This document shows, one piece after another, positions 54,396-64,000 of a stretch of DNA of 64,000 nt; the stretch's first letter is position 1; each line of letters starts with the position of its first letter. The DNA lies in assembly GCA_964016885.1 (NCBI GenBank), contig OZ024740.1, forward strand, positions 408,828,001 to 408,892,000, read 5' to 3'. The position numbers and the translations under genes were made by a program. Under the pieces are notes generated by a model that worked only from the letters and a program-made list of their open reading frames with translations, searched no databases and was not told where the DNA came from. Source of the stretch: Eledone cirrhosa (lineage: Eukaryota).

Positions 54396-54624
54396 TTAAC
54401 CCTTTAGCATTTACATTACTCTATATATACTATTGTATTTTCACAGTAAAGGCTTTATTTCATATAATTACGTCACATAATATCGGATCTGTGAGATTTC
54501 GATATTATTTATTTTGAGAACAATACTTTAACATCAGTATGAGTGGACATTTATGGCTTGTTTGAACAGAAAGAGGTGAGAGAATTTTGGCCAGATGTGG
54601 CCGGTTTAAATGCTAACGGGTTAA
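54396..54624 (+). mobile_element. TTAA-flanked MITE family A
   Basis: TTAACCCTTTAGCATTTA...TAAATGCTAACGGGTTAA; TTAA and CCC termini resemble piggyBac-type ends. Confidence 0.87.
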
Positions 54625-57600
54625 AGTTTTTTCTTTCCTCCTTTTACTTGAGATTTGCGAAAACCTTTTTAATAAATGACAAATTATTGGTGCAATTATG
54701 TTGTTACCATATTTAGTACTTTTGATATCCATCCTTTTATTATTGATTTTAGTTATCAGGCTGAAGTCATGTTGGGTGCCACCTTCAAGGATTTTACCTG
54801 ATCATATTGGGCCCCAGTACTTACCTTACTGGCCTCTATTTACAGAATGGCTAGGTTCCATTTTCAGCAAAAAGGAACACACCATTTGACACACACATGC
54901 ACAGGTGCACACACATACACACATACACATACACACACACATACACACACACTGAGTGAGAGAAAGATAGAGATAGAACATTAATCAATGAAAAGATATA
55001 GTAGAAGGTATTTGCCGAAAGTGATGTGAAGCAGGAACTACATGATTACGAAGCAAACTCCTTAGCTACAAAGCCATTCCTGTCACGTATTTTCTTTCTC
55101 AATAGTATCATCATTATCATCATTTCAATGTTTGTTTTTGTTTTTTTTGGCATGGCTGTATAATTCTGCTGCCTAGTGTTTGTCACATATCTCTCTTTGT
55201 CATCTCTTCCATAAAGCTTTCTACATTTTTTATTTAATTTTGTTTTCTATATGTAGCCACCCACATTATTACTACATGTTTTCTATATGTAGCCACCCAC
55301 ATTATTACTACATGTTTTCTATATGTAGCCACCCTTCCTACTAACTGCTGAGTAGTAATATAACTTGTAATTTGACTTGTAACCTCACATCCTATATTTC
55401 ACCTTGTCCCAATTTCAACTATATTCAAGATATCTAACTACATTACTACTACACTTACTGAAAATGATATTGAAAGACAACAGAATTTATCTCTGATCTT
55501 TTATGTTGTCCATATCTCAATATCTGTCCAAGATGTGTTCTGACATAAAAAACTTGAGACCTATTTAAGTCAAATATTACCAAAAAGATGAAACCATATA
55601 TACTGCTACTGACATAAACATTTGATCAGTTGTAAGAAATAAAGATATAACCTAATGTTGTTGGCCCATATAACTGTGGAAGACGTACTAAGAATAAGTA
55701 TGAAAGATGAAGGTGTGGACAATTGGGTTGATTACATGCCAAAAAAACAAAACAAAAAAAGAACTTGTGTTCAACTTGGCAAATCCAATGTTTATGCTGT
55801 CACGAATGTGTGATAAAAACAAGAATATCATTGTGTTTTAAAGTGATACAAGTTATTATCGTCTTCATCATCATTTAATGTCTGCTTTCACTGCTAGCAA
55901 AGGTTGGATGGGTTTACATAGACCAAGTCAATACTGAAGTGGGCGTTACTGACCCTTAAACAAGCTGAGGGGTCTGTATCCCTCTGATGTATGGCCATAT
56001 CAAATGTAGAGGAGTTGACGTGTCTTTTGACACAAACTGAAGGGTCTTCCTAACCTCTTGTTTGCCAAGTTTTCTATGGCTGGATGCTCTTCCTAACACC
56101 AACCTCTTTACAGCATGTACAGGAGGCTTTTATCTATTATGTAGATCACCAGCACCAGGGAGGCTGTCATGTCCTTGATACAACTAAAGAGTCTTCCCCC
56201 AACCATTTGTTTGGCAAGCTTTTTATGGCTGGATGCGCTTCCTATCACCAACCATTTTAAAGTGTGTATTGGGTATGTTTATCGTGTTGATCACCAACAC
56301 TAGAGAGTTTGTGTCTTTGAGACAAGTTATGTATGATAATAATTATAATGGTATTGAAAATAATAAAAAAAAATGTTACTAGTTATTAAAAGATAAAGAG
56401 CAGAGCCTATGACCTTCAGAAGCTCTCTCAGGATAATTGTTACAGTTAATGTTGAGATTCAACTTCTCTAGGTTGAAACATGCAAGAATAATATAAGAAA
56501 GGTGGCATCATTATCATTTTTACATCTGGACTGGATGACATCTTTGAGGCCAGTTTTCTACACCCTCCTTGATACCAACCTATAACTTATTTTAAGTATC
56601 CTGCATATACCACTGACATTCAACAAACTGTTACACTGCAGGGCGTATGTTTTATGGGGTACATAAACAACTGTTACCGCTTGTTTTTATAGTCAGTGTT
56701 AAGACACTTGCAGCTATTGACACACGCTCATTTACTCATCCCCCACCATAGTCTTCCCCCATCCACCCCCATCTACATCATTGATTTATACCCTAAGGCA
56801 GATGCACTGTACTGTTAGGCGTTGCTAGCCCTCCCCGTCTCTCCCTCTCACCATAACCACCTTCTGGCCCAACACTCACTCCCCCACCCCTCCTCTCTAC
56901 AACACTCACTGCCAAATTTACCCAACTTGCAGTGCCAGTGTATCCCTGAATTCCCTCCTTACCCAGCCATGCTGGCATGGAAAGTCTAGGTGGAGGGGAG
57001 GGGGCTTACAATACTGCCAGATGTCATTCACTTACACTAAGGCTACACCACCCTCCCTTTAGTAAAAGCCAGCCTAAATCCCATTCTTGTCCCTCTCCCC
57101 ACTCCCTAACATTGTCCACCCAGCCGAGCCAAGGTTGCAAGCATGCGTGGAAGTGCTGGCAACATGATAAAATGCACTCAACCCACTCTGTTAAGTGGTA
57201 GTGATGCTATCATCAGAAAACAAACCCAGTATCCACCGTGAAGTGATTGGTGCTAGGGTGGGCATCTAGCCATAGAAACCATGGAAAATAGATTTAAAAC
57301 AGTGTTGATGATGATGACATGCACACACGAGATCCCTCACAGATTCTGTCTACAAATTCACTCACAAGACATCTGTGGCTGTAGGATAAGCCACAGGTGC
57401 AAAGAGTCACATAGTGTGAGTGAACCTGAAACTACATGGTTCTGAAGCAAATCTTTTAACCACACATTCATATCTGTAGCTACACATTATCATGGTTGAC
57501 AATGATGTCGATAACATTAATGAATTGTAATCTTGAATAAAATTAGTTGCTTTTTTCTGGTCAAGTTACCCATGGCCTTGTGCCAAATAAGGCCATTCCT

Positions 57601-58594
57601 GTCAAGTTACAAAGTGCTATGAGCTGGTTATTTACCATCCCTGTCTATAACTGAATCCTCCTGTTGGTAGATACTGAAGAAACCCTATAACTTAACACAT
57701 ACAGTATATAAAATACTGACACTAACAGACATACCATACCTCTTATCAATTCTACTCTCTCTCCATTTCTTTCTTCCCTCATCTCACATGCACACATTAA
57801 GACACAAAGGTCTGCTGGCCATCTCCAGATTATGTTCTTTGAGTAGTAACTATACTTTCTTTATAAAACATTGAATACTAAAAAGACAAAGTATAACTTT
57901 GCAACAGATATATAATCCTTGATGTGTACTGCTTAATATTGGTTTTTCGAATAATAACTTTCAGTGTAGCATATGTATTGCCAATATATCTTCTGTTGTA
58001 GGATTACCGCCTCAAGCAATGTTACTTCTAACAATTCTATTCAGATTTCCAAATGTAATCCCAGGCTGCTTGTTTAAAAAGAGATAGTGATAATATTTGT
58101 TAGGTAGGCAATTATTGTACTGTGACTGAAACATGAAGATTACCAATTGATTAGATAATTATTTTCCCTCTCTTCAGTGTAAGCAACAATGTATGATTTT
58201 AAGTTCCTCTCGATGCCAGATTATCATTCTTGATAATTTGCTGTATGATGTATGGTGGTTCTGAGTTTGTGATGCTAGCATATTGACAACACAAACATCA
58301 TTTCAATTTTAGAAATAGCCATTGTAGCGTATTTCTAACATTCGTTTTCCCTGCTTAAATAAACACAGTTGCCACTCTTCTATGTGGTAGTGATTGGGTT
58401 GGAGGGGTTTGTAAATCTAGTCAGTATAAGTTGGATAGTCTGGCAGCTTTGGTGGTTTGGGACAGTGATTTGAATCTCACTGTCATTAGTTTGTAGCTGT
58501 GGCACAACCAGCACTTCCTACCATAGCTTATTTACAGTTGTTGATGCTACTATAGGGGTAGATATATTTCCTTTTATTTACTGGTATTTTACCC

Positions 58595-58870
58595 TTAACC
58601 CTTTAACATTTAAACCGGCCATATCTGGCCAGAATTCTCTCACCTCTTTCTGTTCAAACCAGCTATAACTGGTCGTTCATACTGATGTTAAGGTATTGGT
58701 CTCAAAATAAATAATATCAAAATCTCATAGATTCAATATTATAATAATAATAATAATAATGAAATGATTGTGTACAGTGCTCAGGTGCACTACAACTCAT
58801 CAAATATATGTATAGAATAATGTGAAAATATAATAGTAAATATAGAGTAATGTAAATGCTAAAGGGTTAA
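58595..58870 (-). mobile_element. TTAA-flanked MITE family A with internal replacement or insertion
   Basis: Both inverted ends intact; (AAT)n plus unrelated sequence at ~58740-58825. Confidence 0.82.
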
Positions 58871-59601
58871 ATATGCCTCCTAAATGATCAAGTAGTGCAA
58901 ATGGTAGTAATGCAGTAAAATGTAAACATGCGACATTAATTTTGATAGTTACCAAAAGTGTCAGTACTGAAAAATAAAACAAAAACTAAAGAATGGTACA
59001 TTGGTACCACTAAGTATTTACTAACTGTGTATGATGTATCAGTAATACAGTGCAGTATATGCATTATTTTGCTACTTTTTACCCTAAGCTTCACTGTTTC
59101 AGAAAATCTGCTTCTCTGGTACCTGTCTGGTCCAAAGTTTGCTAGATTCGTTGGGGCCCAAACTGTAGCATATTCTGAATAAATTACAAACAATTATTTT
59201 AACAGTGTAAATGCAGTGATAGATAAATAATTTACATAAAATAGATTTAAAAATTGTATCATCTGCACCCATCTACAATCTTCATTGCAGCATGGGTGTT
59301 GTCATGTTTTCTGTAGAAAAATATTTAGCTCTGGTGTTATTGACTATTATGTATTTTTTTACTTGACTTCCCTGCTGCCTAGCACACTAAGACATGTTCT
59401 TTAGTTGTTTAAATAGACTTGTTTATTCTTGATGTACAACAGCTGAATTCACTTTGGCATTCACACACACGCACGCATGCATATATATATATTTATTATA
59501 TATATAAAGCAAAGAATCGCTGCTTTCACCCTTAACGGGATCTTTTGAAACTAACAAAGTCAATCTGTAATTAGGATTTTAGTCTTCAAATTTATTATTA
59601 T

Positions 59602-59655
<54 letters not shown>

Positions 59656-59659
<4 letters not shown>

Positions 59660-59826
59660 GTTCAAGATCTCGACAGCTATTTCTGGACCAGAAATAGCCG
59701 GCGAAACGGCTTGAGCTCTGCCGTCGTGGTCTTGAACATTTTCCTATTACCCACTCTACTACCCTAAGCCCTAAGTATTGAGTACTCTGGTGCGTTATGG
59801 TCCATCTGGTTCCTTACTACACTTCG

Positions 59827-59828
<2 letters not shown>
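59656..59828 (+). mobile_element. Structured island between (TA)n tracts; probable PLE pseudo-LTR remnant with degenerate hammerhead
   Basis: Three-way junction with GAAAC-GGC..GCC-GTC; CUGAUGA box not intact. Confidence 0.5.
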
Positions 59829-59865
<37 letters not shown>

Positions 59866-59868
<3 letters not shown>

Positions 59869-61237
59869 CAAAAGGCCTTAAAATTAACCTGGCTAAGACT
59901 AAAGTTCTAGTTTGTAGGAAAGAAAATAAGGCGGCAGTCCCATCTGGGAAATGGCCATGCTCAGTGTGTAGGAAAGGCGTAGGTAGAAACTCCATTTTAT
60001 GTCCCAAATGCAAAGTATGGGTGCATAAAAGATGTAGTGGGATCACAGGTAAGCTAACTAAGAACATAGATTTTACATGTGGCCGGTGCTCTGGTGCAAT
60101 AAGTAGCAGCAAGTGCCCACAAAATACTAGCTCCTTCAACTGCGCAGAGGGTTCTATAGAAATAGTGGACAGCTTCCGTTACCTGGGTGACAAAATCAGC
60201 AGTGGGGGAGGGTGCTCTGAAAGTACAGTAGCTAGAGTCAGAACTGGGTGGAAAAAGTTCAGAGAGCTTATACCACTATTAGCCGCTAGAGGGTTCTCCC
60301 TAAAAATGAAAGGCAGGTTATACGATGCCTGCATACGAACAGCAATGCTGCATGGCAGTGAGACCTGAGCATTGTGTGCAGAGGATATACGCAGACTAGA
60401 GAGGAACGAAGCTTGCATGCTCCGCTGGATGTGTAACAGTAATATACGTGAACGGCAAAGCATAAACGAACTAAGGAAAAAAATTAGAAATAAGAAGGAT
60501 CAGATGTTGTTTACTCGAGAGAAGGCTACATTGGTACGGTCACGTGATGCGCATGAAAGACGACAGCTGTATAACAAAGTGCAGGGCAATAAAGATAGAC
60601 GGTTGCCACGGAATAGGCAGACCCAGAAAAAAATGGGACGAGCTGATAAATTCCGACCTCACACGCTTACACCTCTCCAAGACAATGTCACTGGACCGAG
60701 ACCTTTGGCGGTACTCAGTAATAGAGAAGACCCGCCTTACCTAAATACAAAGTAAAACCTACTACAGTCAGTAGGCATCTCTATCAAAACACACCCCCGT
60801 CCCACCACCTCCACCCCATCCACACCATCCACACCGCCCCTTTCAATGTAAAGTTATGTTGGTCCCACAACATCCAGGCCGAAACAAATGAGATCGTGTA
60901 GGTGTCACGACAAAAAAACACACAGTCCACGCTGTAAATGTGGCCATGTAGGCAACACGGTAAAAACCTCCCAGCCCCACACTGTAAATGTGGTTGGTGT
61001 TACGAAGGGCATCCAGCTGTAGAAAACCCGCCAGACAGTCCACGCTGTAATGTGGCCGTGTAGGCAACACGGTAAAAACCCCCCAGCCCCACACTGTAAA
61101 TGTGGTTGGTGTTAGGAAGGGCATCCAACTGTAGAAAACCCGCCAGACAGTCCTATGCGAGCAAGACAACCACCCTTGCCTCAAGTGGGAAAACCCCCGT
61201 CCAAACCCATGCAAGCGTGGAACACGGACGCTAAACC

Positions 61238-61270
<33 letters not shown>
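59866..61270 (+). mobile_element. RTE family 1 3' fragment (duplicated-UTR subfamily), disrupted
   Basis: ORFs 59778..60368, 60372..60755 and 60544..60744 reproduce the family 1 RT end with a stop and a frameshift; (TA)n on both sides. Confidence 0.92.
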
Positions 61271-61271
<1 letters not shown>

Positions 61272-61497
61272 ATATATATATATATATATAATTGAATAAA
61301 CAAGAGAGATTGCTTATTCAATTATATTACACGGTTCGGAAAAGCTTTTTTCTTAGAGCTATTTAATTGTAACAGACTACTCTGAGTTTCTAACTCACTA
61401 TATATATATATAGTGCAAATTTATACGGGAACATATATATATAGGATACGATAAGAGGAGTGAGAAAAATATATACATATGTATATATGTAAATATA

Positions 61498-61865
61498 TCA
61501 TCATCATCATCACCGTTTTACGTTCGTTCTTCCACGCTAGCATGGGTTAGACGGGTTGTCCTGTTGTGGGCAGTGTCCAGTCGGCTGACCTTGTCTTGCT
61601 CATACGGGAACTGATTCTGGCTTGATTTCTACAGCTGGATGCCCTTCCTAACACCAACCTCATTTACAGTGAGTGCTGGGTGCTTTTTTTCCGTGGCGCC
61701 TACACGTCCACTTTACAGTGTGGGCTGGGTGCTTTTTTGCCGTGGCACCTCCACGACCACTTTGCAGTGGAATGATAGGGACCCCAGTCCTATCATCTTA
61801 TTTCTACAGCTGAGTAAACTGGAGCAATGTGAAATAAAGTGTCTTGCTCAAGGAAACAAACATGA
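61498..61865 (-). mobile_element. Composite SINE: CORE-like block, two ~50-bp units, AGGAAGGGCATCC block and RTE-type tail
   Basis: Minus strand reads TCCTTGAGCAAGACACTTTATTTCAC..CCAGTTTACTCAGCTGTA, then tandem GTGG.CGTG.AGG.GCCACGG..CCCAGC units, GGTTGGTGTTAGGAAGGGCATCCAGCTGTAG and (GAT)n tail; tRNA head not seen. Confidence 0.7.
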
Positions 61866-62925
61866 CTCCTAGGTACCCTTCTGCTGACATTAAGCCATTC
61901 GGATATCTGAGACTTGTGTATTTAAACTGCATGGAGATTTGGTGACAGGATCTATCTAGGACTCCTTTCTATTGCTTCTGCTGTCAAACATTCGTCAGTA
62001 AGTCTACATTTAATGCAGCCATTGTTTCTCTCCAGGTCAACCCTGATCCAACAGACCTATTATCAAAGATTTCTCAGTTTTTTGTATAGTTTATTAAGAA
62101 CTAGATTATTCAGTGTATGAGGGTTTCTTTATGGTGTGAGTTTTTGACCTGCGAGAAATAGCCAAATCTTTTAATAATACTCTACCATATGATACAAATG
62201 ATGGATTTGTAAGTTATCTACATTCATTTGATTGGTTGACAATTGTGCTCCAAATGTCAGGTTGAAATTACTTAACTGTGACCATCATCAAATACAAGCA
62301 TTTGATTTAAGCACCGTTTTCTACAAATAGAATATTTCTCAAATATTTTGAGCATTTAGAAAAGGTGGAAATAGTCTTTTGGATCAGATGAATGTAACAT
62401 GTATTTTCTATTCTCCCTCCACTAGTATCCAGTAGCCATATGAACTTCCGGTTCAAGGAGATACTGGGGATATTTTAGGAAAATAAGCTAGAAAATAAAC
62501 CTATAACTTTCCAACTGTTGTTTCTGCCTCACATTTATCTATACAATTGCTACCAAATAACTTGTGATGGTGCATGGTCTGGTGTTTAGGGTGCTGAACT
62601 CATAACCATAAGGTCACAGGTTTGATTCCTTAAAAGTAGAGCACGTTATGCTATTGAGCAAGATACTTCATTTCATGTTACTTTTCATGACAGGATTGAG
62701 GCCCCTATCATTAAAACACCCAAGAAACCTCCTCGGAGATGCAACTAAACTTGCATAGGTAGGAGCCCTAAAAATTTACGAAATATAACCAAATTTAAAA
62801 ATGTTTAGTGCTTGCCCCAAAGACAGCATGATGTCAGCAATGGTATATATACATAAGGTACTATTGTTGATTCTTTTTCTTCTGTTTACATATGTATTTC
62901 TCAAATCAATTTGGCTTGATTCCCA

Positions 62926-63140
62926 AATAATGGTTTCTGATTTAAACACAAGGCCAACAATTTTTGGGGAGAGGGTAAGTTGACTAAATTAACTCCAGTA
63001 CATTATTTTATTGAACTTGTAAGGATGAAAAGTAAAGCTAACCTTGGTGAAATTTGAACTCAGAATGTAAAGGGTCGTAACTATATGCTGCAAAGCATAA
63101 CTTGTCTGACACTCTACTGATACTGCCAATCCATCACCCT
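62926..63140 (-). mobile_element. tRNA-derived SINE
   Basis: Same family as 20801-21021. Confidence 0.8.
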
Positions 63141-63534
63141 TTTGATCCCCCATATCACTGTATGGCTCCAATTCAGGGTGTTGTGAAACCTGGCTAAATA
63201 GAATCAGTAACATACATGCTCACATTTCTAAGATTAATTAAGAGTCACAATTTGTGTTGGCTTAAACTGTTTGTGTGCATATTTCTATGAAGTTTGAAAA
63301 GCAATTGAGAATTTGGAAAGATTTAGTAAAATAAACTTTTTCATTATTAAGTTTGTGTTTAGAAACATAACTTAAAATGTTCTTCAATGAAAATATGTTG
63401 GAAGCTTTTTAAATGGGAACACTAAAACAGTTTTGTATCAAAGAACCAGAGTGGTATTCTTAAGTAGGTTCCTATCAAAAAGGTTAAATATACTCTAAGA
63501 GTATCAGGCGGCAAGATTCTGGTCAACAACTGGT

Positions 63535-63763
63535 TTACCTCTTTAGCATTCACATTACTCTATATATACTATTGTATTTTCGTGTTAAAGGCTTTACCTC
63601 ACATAATTATCTGACATAATATTGAATCTATGAGATTTTGATATTATATATTTTGAGAATAATACCTTAAGATCAGTATGAACGGCTAGTTACAGCCAGT
63701 TTGAACAGAAAGAGGTGAGATAATTCTGGGCGGATATGGCCAGTTTAAATGCTAAAGGGTTAA
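63535..63763 (+). mobile_element. TTAA-flanked MITE family A
   Basis: Full internal match; right end TAAATGCTAAAGGGTTAA. Confidence 0.83.
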
Positions 63764-64000
63764 AGAGGAAGGGAAAAAGAAAAAAAAGATTAAGGAATCC
63801 TCTAAGAGCACTGAACTGGAAAAGATAGGGAAGTTGAGAGATGCAGAAAACAGGGCAGCATATTAGAATAATAAAAGCTTCTACTACTACACTGGAATAA
63901 TGAGAGAAATATTTTTTAAACATTTCATGTATATTCCAACCATAGGAGTAAAAGGGTAATAACATATTTTTGCATACTTTAACCCCTTTCCATTAGGAAA

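Noticed and set aside
59761-59775. CCCTAA telomere-like repeats
   Set aside because: Only two imperfect copies; not significant.

Overview
AT-rich eukaryotic (animal) genomic DNA dominated by transposable elements and (TA)n microsatellites. The repeat types suggest a coleoid cephalopod, probably an octopus; this is inference. The only host coding sequence I can support is one 113-bp exon (48811-48923, +) of an OSR1/SPAK (Fray)-type STE20 kinase, so much or all of the window is probably intronic. The first ~17.5 kb is a pile-up of retroelements separated by (TA)n tracts. It holds RTE-clade LINEs, whose three families in the window carry a C4HC3 PHD-like finger inserted inside the reverse transcriptase. 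It also holds two Penelope-like elements (PLEs) with C-terminal GIY-YIG endonucleases, one with an uninterrupted ~700-aa ORF. Both PLEs carry type I hammerhead ribozyme folds in their 3' pseudo-LTRs, and two further hammerhead-like remnants sit in short islands between (TA)n tracts. Several insertions are arranged head-to-head with both 3' tails facing outward, including a ~290-bp fold-back SINE-like element. The rest of the window has tRNA-derived SINEs, two TTAA-flanked MITE families, a TA-flanked Tc1/mariner-type MITE, an R4/NeSL-like LINE relic and fold-back elements. All calls were made by eye with no database searches, and repeat boundaries are approximate.
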